Of a stretch of DNA of 64,000 nucleotides, positions 1 through 13,600 are shown piece after piece. This DNA comes from Mytilus trossulus (Eukaryota), in the NCBI RefSeq assembly GCF_036588685.1, contig NC_086375.1, positions 44,702,001 to 44,766,000 on the forward strand, written 5' to 3'. A program made the translations under genes and the position numbers. Position 1 is the stretch's first letter, and the number at the start of each line of letters is the position of its first letter. The notes under the pieces were generated by a model. It made no database searches. It saw only the letters and a list, made by a program, of their open reading frames with translations, and was not told the DNA's origin.

Positions 1-397
1 GAAACTAGGTTCAACCCACCACTTTTATTCCCCTTTAAAAGTGTCCTGTACCAAGTCAGGAAGATGGTCATTGTTATATTATTGTTCGATTCTCTGTGTG
101 TTGCATTTTAACGTTGAGTCGTTTGTGTTTCCTCTTATTTTTGACATATTGAGATAAGACGTGGCACGGTACTTGTCTATCCCAAATTCATGTATTTGGT
201 TTTCATGTTATATTTGTTAATCTCGTGGTGTTTTGTCTGATGCTTGGTCCGTTTCTGTGTGTGTTGCGTTTCGGTGTTGTGTCGTTGTTCTCCTCTTATA
301 TTTAATGCGTTTCGCTCGGTTTTGGTTTGTTACCCCGATTTTGTTTTTTGTCCATGGATTTATGAGTTTTGAACAGCTGTATACTACTGTCTTTATT
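1..397 (+). mobile_element. Abundant non-autonomous interspersed repeat (5' end cut by window edge)
   Basis: Motifs GGTTCAACCCACCA, TGTCCTGT.CAAGTCA and GAACAGC.GTATACTAC.GT recur elsewhere in this window: inverted at 2118-2375, partial at 4360-4488 and 7630-7770. Confidence 0.75.
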
Positions 398-1036
398 TCC
401 TTTATCTATTATGGACTTTAGCAGATTATCTTTACAATGGACAATAATTGCTTAATCTGTTCTTACATTTATTTCTTTATTATTCTGTTTTATATACTAT
501 TTTAAAATAATTTATAAATGTTCTTTAAACATAAACACCGGGCTCAATATTGTAACATCGTAACGATACTTGTGCATCTCATAATTTTTACAACATTTCT
601 TTAGGCTTGCAATGTTAATTCAGCTTATCAGATTTTCAATATATATTTATGATGGTAACATTATTGGTATTACTTTATTTTTTAAATATTAGATTTAGTA
701 GAAGACTTATAGTGTCTGATCTTTGATATTAGCACTTATTGTTAATGGCAGATCTGTTCTTGTTACTATAAAATGTATTCGCAACTATTATCGAACTTTT
801 AACCCTTAAAAAAAGGTATTGTGTGTTTTCAATTTCACCACAAGAAAGAAATAACAGATTATCTTATTTGACTTATTTCCAGCCTCAACCAATGTTTGTA
901 ATGACTCAAGGGGTGACTGGAATACAAAGGGAATAAAAATATCATTTACTTAAGAAAGCAAAATCAAAATAATGAATTATGAAACTATCGAATAATACAT
1001 TTTCGAATATGACAATTGGTATCCATTCGTTTGATG

Positions 1037-1365
1037 TGTTTCAGCTTTTGATTTTTGCCATTTGTTTGGGGACTTTCCGTGTTGAATTTTCGTAGGCGTT
1101 ATTTTTTTGTGATTTTACTTTTTTTTATATACATGTAGGTGTCAAATGATATTGTTTCTATGAATTTTTCATCAGTAACCTTTATTTTATGCAATACTTT
1201 TTTTTATGTTTGAGCTTTTGATTTTGTCATTTGATTGGGGACTTTCAGTGTTGAATTTTCGTAGGCGTTATTTTTTTGTGATTTTACTTTTTTTATATAC
1301 ATGTATGTGTCCAATGATATTGTTTCTATGAATTTTTCATCAGTAACCTTTATTTTATACAATAC
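1037..1365. repeat. Tandem duplication, ~170-bp period, 2 copies
   Basis: 1037-1197 is nearly identical to 1207-1365 (GGGGACTTTC.GTGTTGAATTTTCGTAGGCG...CATCAGTAACCTTTATTTTAT). Confidence 0.85.
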
Positions 1366-2117
1366 ATTTTGGGAGTGTGTAGTGTCTCATTACATTATCA
1401 ATTTTTATATAAATCTTGCTTCGTGTTCTCCAGAGAATTGGGTCCTTATAACTGCTGTAGAATGGATGTTCACCAATGAATATGAGCAATTAGCTAATAT
1501 TTGATAGGGTTTTATAATATGTAATGAAGCATACTTCAAATTCAATAAACAACGTGATACAATCCTTTAACATTTGTGAATTATACATCAAGGTTTTAAT
1601 CATTTTTGCATCATTTAAAAAGAGTTAAATTGAGTGTTCAATTTAGAAGTTTTCGTTGCATGCCTATGCTCAGGGAAATTCTGATTAAGAAAAGCTTTGT
1701 AATTATACCTAACAACTATATCATATATTTCTTATTGCATTTGGTTTTCAAAATTATTTGTAGGCAAAACACCATTTGTACGTAAATAACACAATTAAAC
1801 ATTGCTGTTTTATAGTACGAAAGTAAGTATGTAAAGTGTAAGTAAACCAATTATGTGTATATTATATTTTTGGCACTAGATTCACAAAATAATGCCTATA
1901 GTATAATTTTGTTATGGTCCAAGCCGAAACTTAAATATTTTTAAATGCAATACAATCGGTTGGCAATAACTTATTGACAGTAAAAATCATTCCATTCTGA
2001 ACAATGTAAATGTGCATAGATTAACAAACAACACTTAAAACTTTTAAATTGAGACCTTAAGACAATCACATGATACTCGCTCTAAAGGGAGAATCGTCAA
2101 CAGTAGTATATAAAAAA

Positions 2118-2375
2118 AGGCAACGGTAGTATACCGCTGTTCGAAAGACATAAATAGATTGAGAGAAAATAAATCCGTGTTACAAACTAAAACCGAGGGA
2201 AACACATCAACTATGAGAGGAAAACAGCAAAACAACAGAAACACTGAAGTGCAACAAAAACAAAAGACAATGCAACACACACAGAAACGAACTATAAGAT
2301 AACAACTGTCATTATCATGACTTGACACAGGACATTTTAAGAAGATGGTGGGTTGAACCTGGTTTTGTGGCTAGC
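2118..2375 (-). mobile_element. Inverted copy of the repeat at 1-397
   Basis: Reverse-complement match, including GGCAACGGTAGTATACCGCTGTTC and GGTGGGTTGAACCT. Confidence 0.75.
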
Positions 2376-3011
2376 AAAACCTACAGCTTTTATGTGAACA
2401 TAGTAGTTAATTTTTTTTAGTTATATTTTATTATTTATTAGGTCTTTTATTGAATCAACGATGTTAATGACAGATTTTTCTATCGAAATTTATTTTTCCA
2501 ATTTTCAAGATTAACGATTTAGAGCTAGACATATATAGACTCTATTAATGATGGCCGCATCTATGTTTTTTTTTGTATGTCATTGTGTCACTGTCTCATT
2601 GACATATACAATCACATTTCTTTTCATGTAAAAATTAACAGATTTTTTTTGTTTTTAATAACGACAATGCCAAAGTCTGAAATTATCCTTTGCTAATTTT
2701 GTTTAGTTTTTGTTCGCACTTTTTCTGTATGTGAGGTATTCAGCAACAAGATATAGTAACATGAGAACTAACAATAACGATGTGAAGCTCTAAAGTCTAA
2801 AAACAGATTGGTACATTTATTATAAAAAAAATAAACACGAATAAATTAGTATGGTATCGTACAATTGGTTTTCTTCAACTTTGATGTGTCTTCATGCATT
2901 CTTGGTTTCGTCTAATAGCCTCCTACAAAATATGAAAAATGATAATTAAGTGTGCGTGTGAACTCTATGTAACTGTTCTGCAAAAGTAACAATGTAAGTT
3001 TTAATTATTCG

Positions 3012-3232
3012 GAATACTAAGGGTTGTCTTTATCCCAGCCATCGATAACCTTAGCCGTTTTTTGCAAACTTTTTGGGAATTTTGGGTTATAAATACTATT
3101 CAACTTTATACTTATGTGGCTTTCAAACTATTTTGATCGGAGCGTCACTGGTGAGTCTTATGTAGATGAATGGCACGTGTGGCGTATTAAATTATAAGCC
3201 TGGTTGTTAATACCTTAATTTGATAACTATTT
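3012..3232 (+). mobile_element. Penelope-associated short repeat with a degenerate hammerhead-ribozyme-like core
   Basis: Layout CTGGTGA(3148-3154)-GTCT-tatgt-AGAT-GAAT matches the hammerhead pattern CUGAUGA-stemII-GAAA with two core mutations. Confidence 0.45.
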
Positions 3233-3479
3233 TGAGTATACATCAGTATAATCCTTTTCAATTATTGGGCCTTTCATTAAATATTTTGATTATATTATTC
3301 AATGTTTTAAGGAAAGCACTAACATATTTTGACAGGAAGAAGAATCTTACCATTTTTGGAAATTAACAGACTAAATAATCGTTCTGGTCACAACTTATGT
3401 AAATCATAAAGAACAAAAAAACCTGTTTTATTTCAATTATGAAATAAAAGGAAATAAATGGAAAATTAATGATGAATAA

Positions 3480-4844
3480 TTACAAACCTTTTTTTAATCC
3501 TTTGGTACCAAAAGAACCTCCCATTTTCCCGAAACCGTTGTTTCCAAATTGTGGATAACCTCCTAAACCTTGCATCCCCATTCCTAAACCAGAACCAAAA
3601 CTGTTCCATCCTTCAAATCCCGATGGATATAACCCAGAATCCATCATGTCTTTCAAATATCCACCAGTTCCTCCATTGATTTGTCCGCCAATTCCACCTT
3701 TTTGATATCCAACATTTCCGCCATTAAATTGTCCTTCCATTCCACCTTTTTGATATCCGATATTTCCACCATTAAATTGTCCTCCCATTCCACCTTTGAA
3801 ATATCCTCCGATTCCACCTTTCTGATATCCACTATTTAACCCGCGGTTCTGAAATCCACCAACGCCGCCATTTAGATATCCACCATTGAACATGTCGTAC
3901 TGGTTTCCATATCCCATCATGCCAAAGTTGGAGTTCATTGGTCCATACCCTTCGAATCTCTGATACCTAGACTGCGGTCCAAAATTTCCTACAATTTGAA
4001 GTATACGTTATAAATTTATTATTACAATGCAACACATGTCGAAACAAATTATAAACCAATTTTGGGTACTAGTATCATGATACATGAAACAAGCTTAAAC
4101 AAAAAGGGCGAACGTGTATAGTTACTGTATGAACTGTGAGGTTCTTAAATAAAGTACAGGGGCTTATTCTTAAATATGTGAACAAATTTTGAATACCTCA
4201 AAATAACTCAGATGTCCTTTAACGCTGAATTTTACAGAATATGTAAAACTTCCAATATAAACATAGTGTAAATGTTGTCTGAAACAGCAGAAGGTTTTGC
4301 AGAATCACATTTGGTTTTCTAGGAAAGTGTAAAGATATTTTCAAATTTTTCCATTGTTTTTTGTTGTTCCCTTGTTTTCCTCTTATGTATATGATCCGTT
4401 TGCCTCGAATTTTGTTAAGTAATCCGGATTTGTTTTCTCTCAATCGATTTATGAGTACCGATTAGCGGTACACTACGGTTGTCTTTATTTTAAAATGTAT
4501 ACTTTTAGATTATTTATATTAATGGCAAATTGACCACAAATAAAGAAAACCTTTCATCCTTGTGCACATAATAACTAAATTTGATATGACCTTAATTGCT
4601 TAATTTTTGTGTTCATAGCATTGTTTGTTTCTACTAATAAGAATTATAGTTAAATCAAATCGGCATAGAGGCATTTTCTACTCTTTAATGCATGTTTTTG
4701 TACAAAATAATTCACCAATATTTATTTTTCTTCCTTGAAATCAATTACTTACGATATTGACAACGCATAATCGTTTAACTTACCTTTGTAGAATGTAGCA
4801 GATGTACAGGCCAAGAGGGCAGCGACAACAATCAAATTCATCAT
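3480..4844 (-). CDS. Secreted glycine-rich protein with 8-aa repeats (189 aa; structural/matrix protein candidate)
   Basis: Coding exons 4844-4784 (MMNLIVVAALLACTSATFYK, signal-peptide-like, donor GTAAGT) and 3988-3480 (acceptor TTGTAG). The phase-1 join is in frame: 61+509=570 nt. Repeats include GYQKGGIG, GYFKGGMG and GQFNGGN. Confidence 0.85.
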
Positions 4845-5095
4845 TTTCGTAGGAATCTGAATGCGAAAAAGACAGTCTTATTTAGCATCACCTGAATTAA
4901 TTACACTTTGTAATTTCAGAAATATTTGAAGAACCTAGTATAAGTATAGACTAATATAAAGTTGGACAAATGTTTTAAAAAGAATTGAGTTGTCTTATCA
5001 AACAATCTAAAAAAAAATTGTGACATTTTTTTTTTATCAATATCATGAAAACATATTTTATCAATATCATGAAAACATATATATAAATACATTAC

Positions 5096-5169
5096 CGCTA
5101 GATTTTTGGCAATTCAAGATGGTATGGATTAGCTTGTGGTTTGTGTATTAGCATCTCGTTCCTTTTATA
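5096..5169 (-). promoter_or_regulatory. TATA box and probable non-coding first exon of the Gly-rich gene
   Basis: Minus-strand TATAAAA at 5169-5163, donor G|GTAATG at 5096/5095, and acceptor TCAG at 4858-4857 just upstream of the ATG. Confidence 0.5.
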
Positions 5170-6642
5170 CAAAGTTAATCGTGGCTGAAAAAGATATGAG
5201 TTAGCACCCATTGTCTATAAACAGTCGTATGAAAGCAATAAGGATGCAGTACTTAAATCTAGTCCTTTGTTCTAGTATTCACGATCCAAAACACTATGAA
5301 AACTTGCGGTTAAATATATGTCGATCGGAAACTACAACTAATAAAACCTTTGCATTGTAAATGTTGACATTGACCCATTGACAACTAATGTGTTTCATTA
5401 CATAATAAATGTCTTAACGGTGAATGTGGTCATTTATGGAAATACATTTTTACATGTATACGGAGATATCTTTATAATTCATTTAAACAATTACATTTGC
5501 ACAATTATTCATGCACATTTTCTTCAGATACATATAATACACTATGTCTCTTGTGAAATACTGGATCAGTAATTCAACATGTCAAGATATCATAAATATA
5601 CGAAAATCAAACAAATGCTATTTTAAGTTTTATGTATGGTTATGTTGATTGAATGTGATCCTTTTCTCTATGTATTATAAATTGGTAATAAATCGAAATC
5701 AATCTTGAATGTATTAAAAATATATTGGTCAGAAATGTCCCATCTATTTGGATTGATATTAACAGGATGATCCTGTCTCAGAAAAAAGGTATATAGGAAA
5801 AACATTCTAACAAGTGCCTGTGCTGATATCCCGTCATATTCATACCGTATTAGACATAGCCAGATATGTGAATTATTTGATTGTCTCATTGCTGATTTTC
5901 TGAGATAGAAAAATTTAATCTGAATCTTGTTTTTCAATCATGAAATAACATAGTTGTCAACTGACCCGTATTCTGCGTTTGTGACCCGAGATTTTCACAA
6001 TTCTGAGGGATCACCCGGATCACCCACCGGGTCATTGAAATAACCCGGGAATTCCGAAAATGACCCGATTTCACCCGTATTTTTTAGCCTTCAGATTGAG
6101 TTCATATAAGTAATATTCAATTGAAATACCGGCAAATTCGTAATTCTTCCATGAACAGAAAGTTCATGTAGCTATGTAAACTATCAAATTAAGTGACCTA
6201 TTAAGTGCATGGCTTCACTTGACAGCTTTTGTGTCAAACACGCTGTTAATTAACACCAATTACCTTAGCTTTAGGTCGTAAATAAATTGCACTATTGATT
6301 TACAAAAATATTTCAACCAAGATTTACTTCCCCTTATTTGTCACCATTCAAAATTATTCCTTATATTTACGTTTTATGGGTGAAAAAGATTTAATAATCA
6401 AGTTAGAAAATCCAAATACATATTGAAAAATAACTTATCATTATTTTTATACCTTTATACAACTTTAAAAAAAATAGTTAAAAATTATATTTTACATTTA
6501 CACGTCCTTTAACTGTATTACTATATTTTATCATAGTCTAATTTCCTTTCGGTCTGCTTTAGCCAGTCAAGGTCGTTAAAAACTTCCATTTGTTGTCTGC
6601 TTAAAAGCTTCTTGGCAACTGATGTCAAACCTTTTAAAATTA

Positions 6643-7211
6643 TGAAACTTATAAAATACAATGTCTGTGATGTATGTGAAAAGGAAGTATAAAATATCAC
6701 TCATTTATTTTTATTACGTTCTGAATTAGTAGAATTTCATCTGTTTATGCAACAAAAGTTGTCAGTTTTATTTGATAATGTTGATTCTGACAAAATTGAT
6801 AATTTAGTGTATGAAGAGGTATTTATGTTTGGTTAATTTGGATCTATCAAAGGCGTAAATGTAAGTTTTGTCAATTTCATGTTATCTGTAGCGAGATATT
6901 GTATCTGCAGAAGAAGGAATTTACTTAACAAAAAAATTGTAACAGTAATGTTGATCTTGTTATACTATTTAAATACACTGTAAAACATAATATAACTTAC
7001 CTGTGTGAATATTTGTGTGATGCAAGATGTATGAGAAATGTCTTTTTAAAGAATAATATTCTGGTACAAGAAACCGAAGGTGTCATAACATTTAATTTCT
7101 AATTATTGTGCTGATTATACATGTGATTATACTTAAAAACATTGCCTTGTGATATTTTTGTGTAATATGTAATATATCTGTTGTATATATATGTTGAAGA
7201 ATTGAATAAAG

Positions 7212-7247
<36 letters not shown>
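6643..7247 (+). mobile_element. 5'-truncated L1/Tx1-type LINE 3' fragment with poly(A) tail
   Basis: Decayed Cys-x2-Cys...His zinc-knuckle codons (CDVCEKEV..ITHLF), AATAAA followed by an A34 tail, and a 12-bp TSD CTTTTAAAATTA at 6631-6642 and 7248-7259. Confidence 0.75.
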
Positions 7248-7249
<2 letters not shown>

Positions 7250-8274
7250 TTTAAAATTACATTTGAATAATAAATTATCATGTTTCATAATCTCAAAAAA
7301 GCAAACAACTTAAAAGACTGTTACTCAAATTTATAAAAAAAAATCATTAAATGTGCAATAAAATATTAATTAATAGAATTTAAAATGACTTAGCCAAGTG
7401 AACATGCATTGATGTTTTGGTATCTTTGATTTACATTTTAAGAAAATGTACCCTCAATACTGAAATTCTGTTCGAAAAAGTTCGTACGCGTTATGACCTG
7501 AGATTTAATTCTTCAATGCAGGTCATGACCTGCATTTCCATCATCACAGGTTGACAGGTATGAAATAATGATATTTAAGGCCAGGGAACCGTAAATGGCC
7601 ATGCCACAGATTTTGTTTAAAAAAAAAAAGGCAACAGTAGCATACCGCTGTTTGAAAGTCATTAATCGATTGTGAGAAAACTAATCCGGGTTAGAAACTA
7701 AAACTGAGGGATACACGTCAACTTAAATAGGAAAACAACGAAACAACAGAAACACTGAAGCGCAACTAAAAACCTTGATTCAAAAAAGCAATGCCTATTG
7801 TATCGTTACACCTAAAGTATAAACAAGCATTGCAGGACCTGATTTAGATCAATTTCTAAAACCTAAAAACCCTAAAAACATGTTACTGTTGCCAATCACC
7901 TTATAATTACAGCCCCTTTGGCTATGTAATAATAGGAGATCTAAACATAATTCAACACAAACATCTCCGAAAGGTGATATATCATGGTCCTAAATTTAGA
8001 GAACCCCAACATATGAATTTGAACAATAACTTTAAAAAAAAAAGAATTCCATTGGGAACTACTACGGAGCATGAGCTAAACGAGAAAAGACAAGGAAGCT
8101 GTAAGATGTCCCTCATCTCTTTGCGATAAATGTTGTTGTTCATGCGGACATAGCTTCAAATAAAATCGTCTTTGTATGTTGATCTTGCTATTAGCAGTGC
8201 CTTGTAAAAAAGAATCTGTAATGAATGAGCACTCAGATTATCCCACAAAAACATATCATTTGACGAGGAGAAGT

Positions 8275-8497
8275 TCATGACGGATGCCATATGTGGAGCA
8301 GAATCTGCTTACCCTTCCGGAGCACCTGTGATCACCCCTTGTTTTTGGTGGGTTCGTGTTGTTTATTCTTTAGTTTTATGGTTTGTGTCATTTGTACTAT
8401 TGTTTGTCTGTTTGTACTATTAATTTTTAGTCATGGCGTTGTCAGTTTATTCTCGATTTATGAGTTTGGCTGTCCCTCTGGTATCTTTCGTCCCTCT
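8275..8497 (+). mobile_element. Common interspersed repeat (Penelope-associated terminal sequence)
   Basis: GGAGCAG.ATCTGCTTACCCTTCCGGAGCACCTG.GATCACCCC motif, which I recall from mussel repeats; it lies next to the Penelope RT remnant. Confidence 0.5.
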
Positions 8498-8669
8498 TTA
8501 ATGGCGACACAAGTCCTTCATGGTTTCAATGAACATTACATTGAACAGCAATTCTGAGGACAAACCTTTTTTTGTATTTGAAACCTCAGATTCACAAAAT
8601 TCCGAACAAACAACAGCACATTGCTGGCTCATCAGTATATTCTACGAAATAGTTATCAATTGGATTGAC

Positions 8670-9410
8670 ACAAAGTCTGACTGCTGCGAAAGAGGGTCTA
8701 CAGAAATAGTGTGAAACTGTTTACTCTCGTATTCGTATGAGCCATATGTGCATTCTGAAAAACTCTTTAAGAACTTCTGGATAATTTGAAACTCATCTTT
8801 CTCTGAAATTCAACCCGGTATACTACCATTCACCATGTGAAATAGAAAAAATAGCAAAAAGAAATTATCCACAATGCTTTTCTCTATGATAAGTTTATTG
8901 TCAATATAAAATAGTAGCATACGCTATAAATGTACAACTTGGGGTACCAAACAGCATATTTTGTTAAGATTGAACAAAAAAGGTACAACATGCAACACAG
9001 AAACAAATAATCAGTTTGCTAGAGTTTCTTTCACGTATTTGTTGAATTCTGAAGTTAATACTTTTCTACAAATTGTTGGCATTCCTTTGGGAATGATTTG
9101 TGTGCCTCTAATTACCATCCTCTTCTCCTTTTCTTATGAGTCAGAGTTTGTGCAGACACTTGTCAAATACAAGACTAAAGAAGCCAGATCACCTAATTTC
9201 CCTTTAAGATATATTGATGCTGTCCATCCATTTACAATTCAAACTTTTCTGATTGGGTTAACTTAATAATTTAATATATCCTTCAGAACTAGAAATTGAA
9301 GAAACAATAGACCCAGCTTCCTCTGCCTCATTTTTAGACTTATATCTTGAATTTGACATCAGCCATCATCTCAGTACAAGAATCTAAGACAAACAAGACG
9401 ATTTTAAATA
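8670..9410 (+). pseudogene. Decayed Penelope-like element reverse transcriptase fragment
   Basis: Frameshifted remnants resembling KEGLQKxCETVYSR, MxILKNS.ELLDNLK, QIVGIPLG..C.PL, SYESEF, RYID and SASFLDL...DKxDDF. These follow the PLE RT motif order (GIPMGTNCAP...RYIDD). Confidence 0.7.
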
Positions 9411-10661
9411 ATAAAAAAATACATAACTTCAGGGAAAACTCAAAAGGGACCCTTATCAAATGGCAATATCAAAAGCTCAAATACATCAAAGAAATGGAAA
9501 ACAACTGTCATATTCCTGACATGGTACAGGCATATCCTTATGTAGAAAATGGTGGTTTAAATCTGGTTTTATTGCTAGCTAAACAACTCACTTACAGCAG
9601 TCAACATTGAGTTATAATCTTAATCACTATAAAAACAAACAAATCTGCATAAAATTTGTTTCTAAACAAAAATTGAAGATGAACAATTATAATATATACA
9701 GGTTTTCTGCAGTTCTGTAGTTGTTTCATGATAACATTTAAGTCTAAGCTATCTTCATCATTTCAGTGTTTCATAATTTTCTATATTTCTCAGGGGAAAA
9801 CAAACTCATTTATTCATACCTTAATGCAATAAATTATAAACTTCCAACAAACAGAAATGTCAAAACATTTAAACAGGTTTTAATATATTTATTCATTATT
9901 TAGTATTAGCACATAATTATATTTACTCTTTTTTAACAACCATCTCTAAAATATATTCTAAAACACTGTTTTAACGTATCTTCTATGGTTTGAATTGTTC
10001 AATGCTGAAAGATGTTTTTATATAAAATTGACTGCATACATTTAGGCAGTGAGTGATGTAAACAAGCACTGTGAAGGTAAACCTATAAAAATAAGGCGTC
10101 AACATCGAAAATAGTATAAATGTTGATACCTTTAATTACTGTAATATTTTTTTTTTAACTTGAAATTACTAATCATGTTTTTTCTTGACTCTTTTGTTTT
10201 TGCAATTTTTCTTCAAATTTTCAAGAAAAAATTATTACATTCATTGCCGTTTCTTTTTAGTAATACAATAATGATTCTTTCATTCTCACACTACAACAGG
10301 TATAAACCATATAATGCACATTGCTCTTTAACTGTTTTATCCAATGTCACAAACAAAAAAAGCTGCTCTTAGGAACATTGATACATTCATTCATCATACT
10401 CATCAAGTTCAGATGCCTTTCTATTTACTATTCTCCTCCACACACTTATCTGAACTTTTCAAGTACAAAGCCTAGACTTGCTCATACTTATAAGATAAAA
10501 GTGCTTTTTAAAGGGCAGTTCTCTCTACAACATTAAAGTGAGCATAATTAATGCTTTCAAAAGGCATTACTCTCTACAACATCAATGTAAGCACAATTAC
10601 ACAGAACTCTGACTGCACATTGTAAGGCTTAATATTTAATACATTTTAAGTTCTTCCAATA

Positions 10662-13600
10662 TCATTCATCACTAGAACTACTACTAGACGAGTCACTTGA
10701 CATAAATCCAACATCTTCATTTTCTTTGTTATGTCCCTTGATTTCTGATAAGATTCCTGATGAAGAACTTAATGAGTGATGTAATTCTGATGTGTTCTGC
10801 CATGTTGTTGTCGACTGTGAACCAGGACCATGATCTGTAAGAAATGGGGGAAAAAAACATAAATGACAGTTGTTGAAATATCAAACGATGAAACCTATCA
10901 TTAACTATCTAGATATGATTTAATTTTAAAGAAGTCAAAATAAAATGGATGGCAACAGGTGCATACTTTACTGTAAATTAAGAAATTATTGCAAAAAATG
11001 TGATAGGGTTATAATCTCAATAATTCAAACTGTCATTTTGAAATATTTTATATGAATTACTACCCGTTAAAAATTCATTGTATTGGAACAAAATTCTATC
11101 AGATCTATAACTTGTCGGGGTGTAAACAATTTTAAAAATTTCATGTCAATATCTTCAAGCATGACGAAAAAAAGGTTGAAAACTGATTATCTAAGTGATT
11201 TTTTTAAGTCCATGGACCATAACTCTGCACAAAATTATCAGACCAGAACAACATTTGAATTTGAATGAAACTTATCATGATAAAACAATATGCCAAATAT
11301 ATAATAAATATCTTCAAGCATGAAGAAAAAAGTGTGGAAAACTGATTTGCCAAATGTTCCTCCATATGACCCTTGTGACTTGAAGATGACCTACCCATTG
11401 GTGTATTAGCTGATGACCTATTACATATATAATTGCTAGACATTGGTTCTCCGTAGAACCCTATGACTGTAACATATGACCTACCCATTGATGTATTAGC
11501 TGATGACCTATTACTAGACATTGGTTCTCCATATGAACCCTGTGACTGTAACATCTGGGCTCCAGCGGGGATATCACTTCCCTTTCCTAAAAATCCTAAT
11601 CGCATTTCAAAATCTGTAGGATATGGTCTTCTAGGATCACCTGCAAATTAACATATTTTTTAAGGTAAATGTATGTGATGCTCAATTTGCTACACTTACT
11701 GAAAAGGTACAGAGCCTTAAAATGCAACCTTTATTGAGAATAATTATTATTTCTTTAGAAAAGGCTTCGAAGGATATTGGTATATCAAATATTGAGACAT
11801 AACTATACCAATATGCTTTAACACAAGTGAACAAGTATCTGACAATTTTGGTACAATGTAGAAGTAAGAAACTAACAAGGTTTACTATAACATTTGGTTG
11901 AAAATAAGTCATTGACATAGATGAAGGAACCAAGGTTTTATTTTGGATATTAAAAGAAAGGTTTTCAATCATCTAAGGAATAGTGCTACCAGGGTATATT
12001 AAATTAATGACTTCAAACAATTTGTCCAGAAGTTTAAATGGATGTTGAAAGTTTTGAAAACTAATCAATGCACATACAAAATGTATAGATAAGTCTTTAA
12101 ATCAAAATGCAGGTGAAAAACATTACACAGGCTAAAACTTCAATTAAATTAAAAGTCACTTCCATGTGGACAAAAAGGGGTGATAAATCAATATTTCACC
12201 TCAAAAATTACTTTCTAATACTACAAACTAGATAGTTTTATCATCAGATTACAATATGATGAAGATTTATTTTCTCACCTGGGGCCCATGTAGGAGGTGA
12301 AGCAACTGCATTACTGGCACTGATCCTATGAGCAAACTTGATAAGCTCTTCAGATGACACCTTTTTCTTGTTTGCCTGCTGGATAGCATTCAATTTTTTC
12401 TTGGCTTGATATATAGCTGTTGACTACAACAAAAATCAGTCTTCAATATTTTGAAATTAGAAATTTGTCATCTGAATGATTATGCAAACTGCTAGGTATT
12501 AAAGGTTTTATTTCATCAATACCACTATGTGTCAACAGTCAGGGATAATACTCATAAAAGTGTATTTCATTTACTGTTCGTAGTTTTAGAAGTTGAAATC
12601 AAATCGATTGTATGAGAACATTTTTGGAAAAGATAAAGGGGAGATAATTCAAACCTTGAAAAGAAAATATAAATGTTACAAATTTTATTTTATATACATG
12701 TACAAGTCTACAATTATAAGCATCTTTCAGTTAATAAAAATTACTTGTATAAGTATAACCCTGACTGTACTATGCAAGTAATAAGTTGGGTTTTAATGCT
12801 TTCATAAACTGCATTTTCGAACCAAATGCATATTTCTGTTCTCATTAAAAAAAAAAAATTAGCAATCATGCACAGAATTTTATCAGCCAAAAAACTCATT
12901 TACTGGCTATTAATTATGAAGATGCAACATTTTGTAAGGATAAAAACTATTCTCTCTAATTTGCCTTTGTGCATGGTATATCGTAAAATCCTACTCAAGA
13001 TCAATGATAGATGATTTCAATTTTTAAAACCTTAAAAGCATAATCAATGTAAGACAGGCATGCAACCAGTTAGGTGAATATCATTTGTTTTAATTTTAAT
13101 TCATACATGTATTAGTTCAGCCTTCCTTATAAATGGGCTTTTAAGACACACTATCCAGTAAGAGCATTGTGAAAAAGTCAGTTGCTTTTTATTTGATGAA
13201 ACCCAAGTCTATTTAAGGTTTGAAAAAAGCATGTTACTTGTTGAATATTATATTCAGGTGCATGTGCAATATTTCTGTAAAAATTGCTTTTTTCTTTAAA
13301 CACAAGAACTGTTGTCATACCAGGATTGTTTCAGCTTCCTTTAGACTGGTCTGTAACTGTTTTATATTGGCATCTCTTTTATCTACCTCTGTTTTTAATT
13401 CATCTATTGTTTTCTGTATCTCGGCTTGTTCTGCCGCTGTAATATTAAAATCACAATCTATCTAAAATGTATTTACTATTTTAATCAACTTGCGTTGATA
13501 TATATATATTCAATTGTTTGTTTTAATTTCAGTGAGTTAAAAAAATAATTAAATGCTATTCTTAAATCTTAATATCACAGATTTTTTACTTTAATGGAAA

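Noticed and set aside
5949-6624. P-like MITE with TGACCCG subterminal repeats
   Set aside because: The left TIR CATAGTTGTCAACT is visible, but the right end is too degenerate and there is no TSD, so I did not call it.
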